A DNA stretch of 64,000 nt from Endomicrobiales bacterium (lineage in GTDB: Bacteria > Elusimicrobiota > Endomicrobiia > Endomicrobiales > CAWCFT01), in the NCBI GenBank assembly GCA_963794945.1, contig CAWCFT010000004.1, positions 224,001 to 288,000 on the forward strand, given 5' to 3'. Positions 1 to 10,338 of the stretch are shown piece by piece. The translations under genes were made by a program, and so were the position numbers. The notes below the pieces were generated by a model. It saw nothing but the letters and a program-made list of their open reading frames with translations. It was not told the origin of the DNA and made no database searches. Positions within the stretch are counted from its first letter, which is position 1, and each line of letters begins with the position of its first letter.

Positions 1-932
1 AATGGCATACCTAAAGTGTATTTGGGAGATACGCTCAAATAATATATCCAGCCCGGCATCGGCTCGAAACAATCCATTGTATTGATTCTTCCATCTATTA
101 GAAGGTTCAAGTTAACTGAGGATCTCAACGCAGATACAATTGTTTCCGGATCTAAAACGCTATAAGGATTGCCCAGAATGAACCCGACAACTAACATAAA
201 TAAATATAGGACAGTTTGCCTATTAGCAAATTTATCCACTTTAAATGGGCTGATTAATAAACCCGGGCGCATTATATATGCTATCAATGGAATTACTGCT
301 AATGGGGCCGCGCTGTATTTAGTTGCTATAGTCAAGCCTGTTATGACGCCCGCAAGGATAAGGTACGCTGGGCTTGTTTTTGTCATGACCATAAATGATA
401 GAAGAATTATTAAAGATATCTGAAAATTCAGAATGAGTTCTGTGCCCATATAATGTGACCAGACTACATGACCAGGTGCTATGGCGACAAAAAACGCGGC
501 GAGCAGCCCAATTGATTCACTGTAAAATATTTTACCTATGAAAAATACAGTGATTATGGTTAACATTGAAAAAAAGACAGACATAGACCTTGCTGAAATA
601 AACAACTTGGCAAGCTCTCTCATGTTATCTTTATAATAATTAAAAGAAACTGAACTCTTTGTGAACCCAAGCATTGACGTCATTTTTACCCACGCAGCCG
701 TCATATACACCTGAAAAGTACCTCTTGAAGCAAGGTAATTCTTTATCCTAAAATCGTGTTTTTTAATGTCAAACTTTCTAATGGCATTAAAATTATCAGC
801 TTCATCAGGATGATATGAATTTGCGTGGAAATATTTTGTTGATGTAAGGCCCCATTCAAGCCCGGTTATCCTGAGAACAGCGCCTGTCAAAAGTATCGCA
901 ATGAGCAATAGGAATGTCGAAATTTTATTCAT
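1..932 (-). CDS. GT-C fold glycosyltransferase, family 39/83 (PMT/ArnT-like) membrane protein; C-terminus runs off the window edge
   Basis: Not in the ORF track. Manual translation from ATG at 932 (TAATG overlap with the upstream stop): MNKISTFLLLIAILLTGAVLRITGLEWGL...YHPDE...ARSMSVFFSMLTI...GLLAAFFVAIAP.HV..SHY...GL.IATKY, typical PMT_2/ArnT-family motifs. Confidence 0.8.
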   Translation of the reverse strand, partial: MNKISTFLLLIAILLTGAVLRITGLEWGLTSTKYFHANSYHPDEADNFNAIRKFDIKKHDFRIKNYLASRGTFQVYMTAAWVKMTSMLGFTKSSVSFNYYKDNMRELAKLFISARSMSVFFSMLTIITVFFIGKIFYSESIGLLAAFFVAIAPGHVVWSHYMGTELILNFQISLIILLSFMVMTKTSPAYLILAGVITGLTIATKYSAAPLAVIPLIAYIMRPGLLISPFKVDKFANRQTVLYLFMLVVGFILGNPYSVLDPETIVSALRSSVNLNLLIDGRINTMDCFEPMPGWIYYLSVSPKYTLGMP

Positions 933-1561
933 TATATTTTTCTACATTTTAAAACAGTATAAAGTGGGAATACAAAGCGGAAGATGTGTTGACACTCTAT
1001 ATAGAAGACTTTCTGGATACTGCTATAAATATCCGAATGTGATGACGGGTGCAATTCAGCCGGGTCATAACCGGCTAGACGAAAGAAAGTATCCATAGAC
1101 GCATTCTTATATGGATAACCTATATAGGCTGTCCCTTTTTCGTTTAATACTCTTCTAATTTCTGACACTGCCTTGTCAAGTTCTTTGATGTGTTCAAGTA
1201 CACTGACGCAGACCAGACAGTCGAACTTTCCATTCTCGTACGGCAGATCCAGGATCGAACCTTGCGCAAGACTGGCATTGACATTATTTTCTTTCAGTAT
1301 GCCACTTACGAGAGAAATGTTGTCTTTGATATCTATCCCAAAAAGCTCATCTGCCCTTCGCGAGAGCTCCGGCATAAATATCCCCGTCCCATAACCAAGC
1401 TCAAGGATTTTCTTGTACCTTTCGTTGCCCATTAGCGCCAGGATGGCCTTTAACCGTTCCAGATAGAATTCCTTTATTAAAGGATAATAATAGAAATTAA
1501 TCGGGATGTCCGAATCTTTAATCTGCGTCAAATATTTTTTAGCCAAAATATTTATTTTCAT
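932..1561 (-). CDS. Class I SAM-dependent methyltransferase
   Basis: ILELGYGTG motif I; LPYENGKFD..V..SVLEH; EIRRVL. Confidence 0.9.
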   Translation of the reverse strand: MKINILAKKYLTQIKDSDIPINFYYYPLIKEFYLERLKAILALMGNERYKKILELGYGTGIFMPELSRRADELFGIDIKDNISLVSGILKENNVNASLAQGSILDLPYENGKFDCLVCVSVLEHIKELDKAVSEIRRVLNEKGTAYIGYPYKNASMDTFFRLAGYDPAELHPSSHSDIYSSIQKVFYIECQHIFRFVFPLYTVLKCRKI

Positions 1562-1564
1562 TTA

Positions 1565-2989
1565 TTATATCCAGCTTAAAAATTCTTTTACCATCTTAAA
1601 AAGGTTGAACAGTTCTTTAAGGCTTTTTATCTTCCTCAAAATCTGCCAGACCATCTTCGGTCTCGTATAGAACATCCTATATGCCTTGCTTCTCCATTTC
1701 ATTACCTCTTCTGCGCTTAGTTGCGGTGTGTCCATTACAGAATAATTTTGCTCAAAAAAAGCCCAATCATCGTTGATTATCCAACAATTTTGTTTTGCTT
1801 CTTCGTACAGTTGCGATCCCGGGAAAGGAACCGAACAATAAAACTGAACAAAATTAAACGGCAAATCCAGCGTAAGTTGTATAGTCTCCTTAATAGTTTC
1901 AACCGTTTCCCCGGGATAGCCAAGCACACAATGCCCTGTTACTTCTAACCCGGCTTTCTTTGATTCTATTACAGCGGCCCTGATCTGTTCAAGTCTCACG
2001 CCTTTGCCCATTTTATCCAGCAATGACTGATTCCCTGACTCTATGCCGTAACCTATCATCCAGCACCCGGCTTCTTTTAAACCCCTAAGCATTTGTGCAT
2101 CTACGTTGTCCACACGGCTGTTGCATACCCACGAAACATTAAGGTTTCTGCGTTTAATCTCTTCTATCACACTAATCGCAAATGCCTTGTTTATCGTAAA
2201 AGATTCACTCCAGAAAAGAAATTCCGAAATACCGAATTTATTTTTTACCCATGAAAGTTCATCAACAATGTTCTTTGCCGAACGAGTTCTTAATTTTTTT
2301 CCGTAATATGCGTTGTCCGCGCAGAATCTGCACGAGTACGGACACCCCCTGCTGGTCGCGATAAGAAGAAAAGGTTTATCTGTAAAGGGAAGTATATAGC
2401 GGTCTCTCTTGATCAGATGCCACGCTGGAAAAGGCAGAGTGTCCAGGTTTTCAAGGCCCGGCCTTGCGCTTTCATTGACTAGCTGTCCGTCCCTGAGATA
2501 GGATAATCCGTTTACGCCCGAGATATTATTTTGCTTCTTGCCATCAGCAACTACAGCCGCAAGTTCTTTAACCGTAATTTCCGGTTCACCCCTGATAACA
2601 AAATCAAGTCCGGGTTCCATCCTAAGGCATTCTTCAGGCAGCGAAGAAGGATGAATACCTATTGCGGCAGTAATTGTCGATGGCCAGCCTTTCTTGATAT
2701 TACGGCAGGTGGAAAGATCGCTTTTTATGGCGGGGGTAACAGCGTTAATCACAGCGATATCAGGCTTAAAACCGGCCACTAATTCTTCAAGTCCGTCATG
2801 GCTAATATTCTCAACTATACAATCAGATATCTTGACTTCCCAGCCTTCTTTTTCGAGCAACGATGCAATCAGTGCCAGCGATATTGGAGCCCAAACAGCT
2901 GTCCATGCGCCCTGCCGCTGCATGCACCTGCCCTCTCTTACAATATTAACTCCATCGGCTGCAGGAGGATTGATCAAATATGCTTTCAT
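1565..2989 (-). CDS. Cobalamin-binding radical SAM enzyme (class B-like)
   Basis: N-terminal B12-binding region; SRGCPYSCRFC CxxxCxxC motif; GIESG; PFPGS. Start placed at MKAYLINPP (2989), just after the upstream stop. Confidence 0.9.
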   Translation of the reverse strand: MKAYLINPPAADGVNIVREGRCMQRQGAWTAVWAPISLALIASLLEKEGWEVKISDCIVENISHDGLEELVAGFKPDIAVINAVTPAIKSDLSTCRNIKKGWPSTITAAIGIHPSSLPEECLRMEPGLDFVIRGEPEITVKELAAVVADGKKQNNISGVNGLSYLRDGQLVNESARPGLENLDTLPFPAWHLIKRDRYILPFTDKPFLLIATSRGCPYSCRFCADNAYYGKKLRTRSAKNIVDELSWVKNKFGISEFLFWSESFTINKAFAISVIEEIKRRNLNVSWVCNSRVDNVDAQMLRGLKEAGCWMIGYGIESGNQSLLDKMGKGVRLEQIRAAVIESKKAGLEVTGHCVLGYPGETVETIKETIQLTLDLPFNFVQFYCSVPFPGSQLYEEAKQNCWIINDDWAFFEQNYSVMDTPQLSAEEVMKWRSKAYRMFYTRPKMVWQILRKIKSLKELFNLFKMVKEFLSWI

Positions 2990-2991
2990 AG

Positions 2992-3670
2992 TTACAGGAT
3001 ATCTCTCATGAATTCCCAAATAAATTTCCAGCCCTGGCTGGTAGGGAGTTTTGAAACACCACCCTTGCGTTCATATTCATGGCTTGCGACCTCTTTGATC
3101 CTATAGCCTTTCTTGGCAGCTTTCAACACCATTTCCTGTTCGATGGTAAAATCCTTCGCTTTTAAATCCAGTTTAAGGGCAACTTCACGCTTTATGGCGC
3201 GAAAACCGTTTTCAACATCAGTAAGGTTGGTTTTCCATCGATAATTAATACCAAGAGTGATTAGACTAGAGCCGACCATTCTGATAAAATTGTTCCAAGT
3301 ACCGTGAAGCTCGTCAGATCCGCCCAAGTAACGCGATGCAACTACCATATCAGCTTTATTATTTACTATGGGGTCAACTAACTTTGGTATATCAGAACAT
3401 TCATGTGAGCCATCAGCATCAATAAAGACGAGTATTGAGCTGGTACTTTCTTCAATGGCTTGACGAAGCGCAGCTCCTTTGCCGCTGCCTTTCTGAATCA
3501 CAAGCTTCCACCCATTGTCAGCAATTATCCGTCTCGTATTATCGGTAGAATTGCCGTCAATAATCATAAACTGTTTAGTAACCAGCTCAACCGCTTTGCA
3601 AACATAGACTATTGTCTCGCTCTTCATTGTATGTTGGAACGATCACTTCGTAGTCATTATGTACCAACAT
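2992..3670 (-). CDS. GT2 glycosyltransferase (DPM1-like polyprenol-phosphate sugar transferase), one frameshift near 3620
   Basis: ORF 2992..3627 has DGNSTDNT, GKGAA, FIDADGSH and DVENGFRA. The missing N-terminus MLVHNDYEVIVPTYNEE is in another frame from ATG 3670, with GGAG RBS upstream. Confidence 0.85.
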
Positions 3671-3762
3671 ATATTTCTCCAAGTATCGCGTGACTGCTAT
3701 CTCTAATACATATATATCAATGATATGGATATGCTTATACGCAATTAGAATCAATTAAAACT

Positions 3763-5859
3763 TTAGTTCTGAAGCTGGGAGAAGTCCAATATGCGCGAGA
3801 ACAGCCTTGTAGTGTACGACAAGAGGGCGAGGCGGTTGGCGCGCAGCGACGCATCTTCGTCCATAACCATTACTTTCTCGAAGAACGTGTCAACCGACGG
3901 CTTGAGACTGACTATTTTTGTCAGTGCTTTGAGGTAATCCCTCTTTTCAATAAGAGCAAGGACGTCGGATTCCATGTTTCTTACTTCGGCGTATAGGGCT
4001 TTTTCAGATTCTTCCTTAAAGAATTCTTCCCCGACTGATTCCGGCACCGCGACCTTGTTCTTCGCGGCCTGTTTGAGTATGTTCGACGCGCGCTTAAACG
4101 CCGCGGCGAGGCTTTCAAAATCTTTCATCGAGCGCATTTCCTTGAGGGCTTTCAGCCGTTCACCGGCATCGAGGACATCATTGAAACCGCTCGCGAGAAC
4201 TGAGCGGACCTCGTCGAATTTATATCCCTCTGTTTCCCAGAGGTTCTCAAGCCGGAGCTTTAGAAAATCCATTACGAGATCGGGTGTTTTGTCATTGGAT
4301 CTGACTTTATCCGGCAGAAGCGTGAACGCCTTATCAACCAGGGCCCGCAGAGTGACCGGCAGTTTTTTGTCAATTATAAGCCTCAATATTCCCGTACCCA
4401 TGCGCCGGAGGCCGTACGGGTCGGCCGAGCCTGAAGGAATGAGTCCTGCCGCAAAATCGCCCACAAGCGTGTCTGTCTTGTCGGCTATGGACAGGATTGT
4501 CCCAAGCTTTCCAGAAGGCAGTCCGCCTTCGGACGTAACGGGCATATAATGCTCTTCTATAGAGTCCGATATGCTTTTTGGTTCGCCGTCGTGAGAAGCA
4601 TATATCCTTCCCATGACTCCCTGTAGTTCCGGATACTCGTAAACCATGTCCGTGACAAGGTCTGCTTTCGAGAGCCTCGCAGCTCGCTCTATCTCCGTCA
4701 TGCCTGCAAAGAGCTCCGTTTTGCTCTCCAGCATGTTCGCGGCGTAAACAGCTATCTGCTCCATCCTTACGGCTTTTTCGAAAACAGTCCCGAGCGCTTC
4801 CTGGAACATGACTTTCTTGAGTTTCTCTGCTTTGGACTCGAGTGTGGTTTTTGTGTCTTTCGCAAAGAAAAATTCCGCGTCCATAAGGCGCGCGACAAGC
4901 ACCCGCTCGTAACCTTCCTTCACGACTTCCTGGTGCTCGGATATACCGTTGCGTATGCCTATGAAATTATTGGTCAACTTACCGTCCTGGTCTACGATAG
5001 CAAAGAATTTCTGTTTCTTCCGAAGACATGTCACGAGGACTTCCTTTGGAAGCTTGAGGAACTTCTCGTCAAAACGTCCAAGCACCGCTACCGGGTGCTC
5101 TACTAGGAAGTTGACTTCGTCTACCAGACCTTCGTCTTTGATAACCGTCCCCTTGGCCCGTTTTGCCGTCATTTCGATTATCCTGCACAGCACATCCCTA
5201 CGTTCGGCGGAATCGGCTATGACGCAGTTGTTCTTTAAAGCCGTAAGGTATTTTTCCGGCGCGAATATAACTATTTTTTTTGCGCTTGTGGCGTGCAGGC
5301 CTGTAGTGTAATTGGAAGACTTTACTCCCGCAACGTTAAACTTTACAACTTTCCACCCGTAAAGGGCTATTATAGTCCTCATGGGCCTGGCGAACCTGAA
5401 CTGCGACTCTTCCCAGGCCATGGTTTTAGGGAAATATAATTTTTTTATGATAGCAGGCAGTACCTGCGCGAGAATCTTCTCGGCCTTCTCGCCGGGTATT
5501 TTCTTTATAGCACAGAAATATTCACCCTTTTCCGTGGTCTTCACAGTGAGCTTTTCGACGGCAACACTGTGTTTGGAGGCAAAACCCGCTGCGGCCTGCG
5601 TAAAACTGCCGTCAGGCGACCTGCCGGCCTTGACTGAGGGGCCCAAAATCTCTTCCACTCTATCTGCGCTTTTATCATCAAGTTTCTCGGCGTAGATGGC
5701 GAGCCTTCTGGGCGTGGAATAGCATTTAACCGTCCCATATTTCAGGCCGCCCTGTTTCATTGCATCCTCAAAAAGCGCGTAAAGCTGTTTTACGGCCGGC
5801 TCAATGTAAGCGGCTGGAAGTTCTTCGGTACCGATCTCAAGCAGCATATTCTTTTGCAT
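3763..5859 (-). CDS. glyS: Glycine--tRNA ligase beta subunit
   Basis: LLEIGTEELP, TPRRLA, KADL.T.MV.EYPELQG, GSADPYGLRR, NRLALL. Confidence 0.97.
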   Translation of the reverse strand: MQKNMLLEIGTEELPAAYIEPAVKQLYALFEDAMKQGGLKYGTVKCYSTPRRLAIYAEKLDDKSADRVEEILGPSVKAGRSPDGSFTQAAAGFASKHSVAVEKLTVKTTEKGEYFCAIKKIPGEKAEKILAQVLPAIIKKLYFPKTMAWEESQFRFARPMRTIIALYGWKVVKFNVAGVKSSNYTTGLHATSAKKIVIFAPEKYLTALKNNCVIADSAERRDVLCRIIEMTAKRAKGTVIKDEGLVDEVNFLVEHPVAVLGRFDEKFLKLPKEVLVTCLRKKQKFFAIVDQDGKLTNNFIGIRNGISEHQEVVKEGYERVLVARLMDAEFFFAKDTKTTLESKAEKLKKVMFQEALGTVFEKAVRMEQIAVYAANMLESKTELFAGMTEIERAARLSKADLVTDMVYEYPELQGVMGRIYASHDGEPKSISDSIEEHYMPVTSEGGLPSGKLGTILSIADKTDTLVGDFAAGLIPSGSADPYGLRRMGTGILRLIIDKKLPVTLRALVDKAFTLLPDKVRSNDKTPDLVMDFLKLRLENLWETEGYKFDEVRSVLASGFNDVLDAGERLKALKEMRSMKDFESLAAAFKRASNILKQAAKNKVAVPESVGEEFFKEESEKALYAEVRNMESDVLALIEKRDYLKALTKIVSLKPSVDTFFEKVMVMDEDASLRANRLALLSYTTRLFSRILDFSQLQN

Positions 5860-5866
5860 GGCCACC

Positions 5867-6715
5867 TTATTTATTAGCAATAGTGTTCAGGTACTGTTCA
5901 GCGACCTTTCGGGCAAGCGCCCTAACGCGCCCTATGTAAGCCGTGCGTTCTGTGACCGACACGGCGCCCCTCGCGTCAAGCAAATTAAAAAGATGCGAGC
6001 ATTTCATAACACCATCGTAAGCCGGCAGCACAAGCCCGCTTTCCAGGAGTCTCTTAGCGTCTCGCTCCCAATCCGAAAAATGCCTCTTTAGCATCTCCGT
6101 GTCGGCTTCTTCGAAATTGTACTTTGACCACTGTTTTTCGTCTTCAAGGTGCACATCGCCATACTTGACGTTGTCGGTCCAGACCAGGTCATAAACGTTG
6201 TCTTTTTTCTGTGAATACATCGCGAGGCGTTCCAAACCGTAAGTTATCTCAACCGAGATGGGGTTTAGGTCTATGCCGCCGACCTGCTGAAAATATGTGA
6301 ATTGTGTGGCTTCCATGCCGTCGATCCACACTTCCCAGCCGAGCCCCCAGGCCCCGAGCGTTGGCGACTCCCAATCGTCTTCGACAAAACGGATATCGTG
6401 ACGCTTGGGATCAAGGCCTATAGCCTTCAGGCTCGAAAGATAAAGCTGTTGGATATCGGACGGTGCGGGCTTGATTATGACTTGGTACTGATAGTAATGT
6501 TGGAGCCGGTTGGGGTTCTCTCCATAGCGTCCGTCAGCGGGCCTTCTGGAAGGCTCCACGTAGGCGACGGACCATGGCTTCTGACCCAGGCACCTCAGAA
6601 ATGTCGCAGGGTTAAAAGTCCCCGCTCCTTTTTCCAGGTCATAAGGCTGCCATATAAGGCACCCTTTTTTTGACCAGAATCTTTCGAGCGTCAATATTAT
6701 TTCCTGAAAAGTCAT
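5867..6715 (-). CDS. glyQ: Glycine--tRNA ligase alpha subunit
   Basis: [48 protein letters not shown]. Confidence 0.98.
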   Translation of the reverse strand: MTFQEIILTLERFWSKKGCLIWQPYDLEKGAGTFNPATFLRCLGQKPWSVAYVEPSRRPADGRYGENPNRLQHYYQYQVIIKPAPSDIQQLYLSSLKAIGLDPKRHDIRFVEDDWESPTLGAWGLGWEVWIDGMEATQFTYFQQVGGIDLNPISVEITYGLERLAMYSQKKDNVYDLVWTDNVKYGDVHLEDEKQWSKYNFEEADTEMLKRHFSDWERDAKRLLESGLVLPAYDGVMKCSHLFNLLDARGAVSVTERTAYIGRVRALARKVAEQYLNTIANK

Positions 6716-7413
6716 GCTGTAACCTCAACCATTTCTCTTGTCCTTCTGTCGCAGGCGTCGATCTTCCTGAAAAACTCTCTCGACGAAAGCGGCCGGGAAA
6801 GGTAGAGCTGGAGATAAGCATCCAGGTACCGTATCACACTCTCCTCGGACCTGCGCGAAAGCTCATATTTATTGTCAATGTCGTCGCCGCTTAAAGTGGA
6901 CAGATGTTTGATAGTATTGAGCTCGTTTTCCGGCATGGATACGTTCTCGTTTACTATATATTCGTAGAAATTATACCCTGACAGTTTCAGGAACCTTAGA
7001 ACGAAAGCCGTGTATATCCGCCATGGATTTTTTGCTCTGCCCAATAGTTCCCAGGTACGCGATAACAGTTCGTACTTTTTTGTGTTCTCGTAGTTAAAAG
7101 GCGTAAGCTGGTCGCAGATCTCGGCACAGTAAGATGCTATGGAAAAATTGCGCCAGTCTTTTCGGAGCGCTGCGTAGTTCTCGGTGATCTTCGCACCTGT
7201 GACTTTTGGGCGTACGGATTGGTGTTTCGCATAAACCATGAACTCGCTCTCCGTTACGGGCTCCGCTGCGGCGGAAAATTTCGCCTTTATCTTTTTGGCG
7301 CCCGGGACGACAGCCGTTATCTTGCCCCACTCGTAAGTGTAAAGCGTGACAAGTTTGTCCGCCTCAGCGGATACTCTCGAGCGCAGCACTAATCCTTTTA
7401 GCTGATAGTACAT
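6712..7413 (-). CDS. recO: DNA repair protein RecO
   Basis: GLVLR....[22 protein letters not shown]-fold N-terminus; conserved position upstream of glyQ. Confidence 0.9.
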   Translation of the reverse strand: MYYQLKGLVLRSRVSAEADKLVTLYTYEWGKITAVVPGAKKIKAKFSAAAEPVTESEFMVYAKHQSVRPKVTGAKITENYAALRKDWRNFSIASYCAEICDQLTPFNYENTKKYELLSRTWELLGRAKNPWRIYTAFVLRFLKLSGYNFYEYIVNENVSMPENELNTIKHLSTLSGDDIDNKYELSRRSEESVIRYLDAYLQLYLSRPLSSREFFRKIDACDRRTREMVEVTA

Positions 7414-7436
7414 AGTTTAGATTACAAATTGAAATC

Positions 7437-7567
7437 ATTGAAAAATCCATCTAAATATTCCGTCTTTGCGAACCCGAAGGGTGAAGCAATCTCGTCTTCC
7501 GACGAAACAACAAGATTGCCGCGTCGCTTCGCTCCTCGCAAAGACACCTAAAATATGGTTTTTCAAT
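7437..7567. repeat. Nested palindromic REP/MITE-like element
   Basis: Inner arms GTCTTTGCGA (7462-7471) / TCGCAAAGAC (7536-7545) with GCAATCT/AGATTGC inside; outer arms ATTGAAAAATCCAT (7437-7450) / ATGGTTTTTCAAT (7555-7567). Confidence 0.75.
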
Positions 7568-7581
7568 AACCTCTAGATTAC

Positions 7582-8842
7582 TTATATCTTTTTTATTCTA
7601 AGCCGCAATATTTTCTTTTTATCGGCGTCGACTACTTCAACTTCCAGGCTGCCCCAGCGAAGGCTCTCGCCTGCTTTCGGTATTTTTCCGAACAAATCGA
7701 GAGCCCAGCCGTTCAGTGTGTCAAAATCGTTAACGGGTAGGCCTAGGGCCAGTTCATCGTTAACTTTTTTGAGCGGTTCTCCCGCTCTAACTATCCATCC
7801 GCCCTCGGGCAGCGAAGATAGAGTTCTCCTGGATATCGTATTCGTCCCATATCTCGCCGACTATTTCTTCGACAAGGTCTTCGATAGTTGCGAGGCCCAT
7901 CGTCGACCCGAATTCGTCGACAACTATGGCCATGTGCTGATGCCCGGTCTTGAATTCCCGCAGTACCTTGTCAACTCTGGCCGAGCCCGGCACGAAGTAC
8001 GCAGGCCGTATAAGGTCATCTATAACGAACAATGACCCGCCTCTCCACGCCAAAGCAAGGTCTTTACTATAAATAATTCCGACGATATTGTCAAGATTTC
8101 CACGGTATACCGGAACCCTTGAATATTCTTTTTCTATGATCTGCCCTATTATCTGTTCAGGCGCCTGCTCAAGGTTCACGGCTGATACCTTATCGCGGGG
8201 GATCATGACCTGGCTAACCCTCGTTTTCGCGAACTCTATGATATTCTTCATCATATTTCTCGCAGGTTTCGAAAGAGGTATCGTCTCATCACTGGTCAAC
8301 AGTATCTGCAGTTCTTCCGGCTGAAGAAAAGGTTTTTCTTTCCTTGAATGCTGGCCGAACAGGCCGATTAATTTTTCCGACGCTGAAATTACGAACCCGT
8401 TAAGCCCGGTTGACGATTTTGAGAACCATACAAGAAGAGGCAGCCCGAAAACCGTGACAGCCTCTGGTTTGTAACGTGAAAATATCTTGGGCATGATATC
8501 GCCCACCACAAGGGTGAGCAGTATTGAACACAGCGAGGCCAAACCGAAAACAACCATCTTTGACATCGTGGTGTAGCCGGAGATATCCACCGTAATGGAT
8601 GTGGCGATGACGCCGTTCGCCACTAGACACAGGTTCGTGCCGATAAGGATCGATGCGAGCACCTCATTGGGCTTGGTTTCCCAGAAACTCATTGTATCTG
8701 AAAAATCCGGGGTCTCTTTCTTGATCTTTGTTATACTTATGGTCGGCAGGCTGGTAAGAGCCGTTTCCGTGCCGGCGAAAAATGCGAGCATTGCCAGCGA
8801 TATAAGGAATGCGGCTATTTTTATAACAATAATTATTATCAC
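7582..8842 (-). CDS. CNNM/CorB-CorC (hemolysin family) protein: DUF21 + CBS pair + CorC_HlyC domain, frameshift near 7815
   Basis: FFAGTETALTSL, MIPR, YSRVPVY, MAIVVDEFG, TIEDLVEEIVGEIWDE. The C-terminal domain (GWIVRAG...DFDTLNGW..DLFGKIP..GE...) continues in another frame to TAA at 7582. Confidence 0.88.
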
Positions 8843-9873
8843 TGTTCCTGGCCCCTCTTTAAGTCATATTCGTCGAGTATCTCGCCCACGATGTCCTCGA
8901 GCACGTCCTCAAGCGTGACTAACCCCACGACGTTGCCCACACCGTCGGCTATGAAGGCCATATGGGTTTTACCCTTCTGGAATTCCTTAAGCAGGTCGTA
9001 AACCTTTTTATCCGGAGATACAAAATATGGAGGCCTTATTATTTCTCTTGAGAAACACTCCGAGTTTTTCTTCCAGCACCACAGCAAGTCTTTTGTGTGC
9101 ACGAACCCGGCGATCTTGTTCATGTTGGAATTGTATACCGGCACCCTGCTGCGCCCGGTTTCAACTACCAGGTCCAGGAATTTTTCTTCCGGTAAGTAGA
9201 GATTTACAGCTTCGATATTGTTTACGGGCGTCATTATCTGGCTGACGTTAAGTTCTCCGAGCTTTAACACGCGCTCCAGCATAAGGCTGGTCTCTTTGGC
9301 CAGCGCCCCCGTAGTGTTGGCCTCCATGATCAGCCCGTGTATCTCTTCGAGCGATATATAAGACAGCCTTCCCACGGGAACAAGGCTGAGCCTCGGAAAA
9401 AGGAACCTCAACGAATTCGTAAAAGGGGATATGATATAACCGGATACCTTCATGACTTTGGAGAGCGCCGGCAGGAGCGCCATCGTGACTTTTTCGGGGT
9501 TCCTCCGCGCGAATATCTTCGGCGTCATCCCGCCGATCACGAGCAGAAGAAATGAGACACCGATCCAGTCTATGAACTCTACCAGCCCGCGCGGCACAAC
9601 GCCGAATATAGGAGAGCAAACGTTCAGTATTATAACCGTCGCTAAGCTCGAGAGAATAAGGTCATTGGTTGTGTTGCCCACCAGGATCGTTGTAAGCAGG
9701 TAGTAGGGCGATTTAAGCCACTGGCCAAGCATTGAAGAAAGATGCCTGTTAAGAGCGATTAGCTTTTTGATTCTGTATTTAGAAAGGCTAGTCAGGGCCG
9801 TTTCAGCGGCTGACCAGAAAGCAGATAGGGCAAAAAGTACGACAAGGGCTACAAGGCCCGCGAACATTAGCAT
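8839..9873 (-). CDS. CNNM/hemolysin family protein (DUF21 + CBS pair, no CorC_HlyC domain)
   Basis: SAFWSAAETALTSL, TILVGN, RSRVPVY, TLEDVLEDIVGEILDE. Confidence 0.9.
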   Translation of the reverse strand: MLMFAGLVALVVLFALSAFWSAAETALTSLSKYRIKKLIALNRHLSSMLGQWLKSPYYLLTTILVGNTTNDLILSSLATVIILNVCSPIFGVVPRGLVEFIDWIGVSFLLLVIGGMTPKIFARRNPEKVTMALLPALSKVMKVSGYIISPFTNSLRFLFPRLSLVPVGRLSYISLEEIHGLIMEANTTGALAKETSLMLERVLKLGELNVSQIMTPVNNIEAVNLYLPEEKFLDLVVETGRSRVPVYNSNMNKIAGFVHTKDLLWCWKKNSECFSREIIRPPYFVSPDKKVYDLLKEFQKGKTHMAFIADGVGNVVGLVTLEDVLEDIVGEILDEYDLKRGQEQ

Positions 9874-9941
9874 TATTATTTTAACCGTCGATAACTTATT
9901 TTTGCAGCGCCAGCAAAGTTGTATGTCACTATATCAGCTAC

Positions 9942-10277
9942 TTAATATTTTTTAAACAGCCTATCCTGCACAGTGAACATTCTCCTGCGCTCTAGAGGCT
10001 TGTAGTCGGTATAATCCAAAAGGTGAAGAGCGCCGTGCAGAACAAGATAGCACAGCTCGGCTTCCCATGTATTGCCGACGCCTTTCGCCTGATTTTTTGA
10101 TCTGTTCCGCGATATATAGATATCGCCCCGAAGAGGTTTTTCCGAGAGGCGGAACGATATGACGTCCGTTATCCTGTTAACGCTGCGGTATCTCCGGTTA
10201 AGTTTCTTTATTTCTGCGTCGGCCACCATTACAACGTTTATCTCGCAACCGGCGGTTTTCTTCCCGAAATCCAGCAC
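9942..10277 (-). CDS. ybeY: rRNA maturation endoribonuclease YbeY (true start may be about 75 nt further upstream)
   Basis: LNRRYR....TDVISF, GDIYIS, HGALHLLDY (HxxxH); position after phoH-HD. Confidence 0.9.
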   Translation of the reverse strand: MLDFGKKTAGCEINVVMVADAEIKKLNRRYRSVNRITDVISFRLSEKPLRGDIYISRNRSKNQAKGVGNTWEAELCYLVLHGALHLLDYTDYKPLERRRMFTVQDRLFKKY

Positions 10278-10338
10278 GGCCCCGACGGCTTTTTTAAGCC
10301 GCGAAACGTAACTCTTCGGGAAACCGTAAAGATCAATC

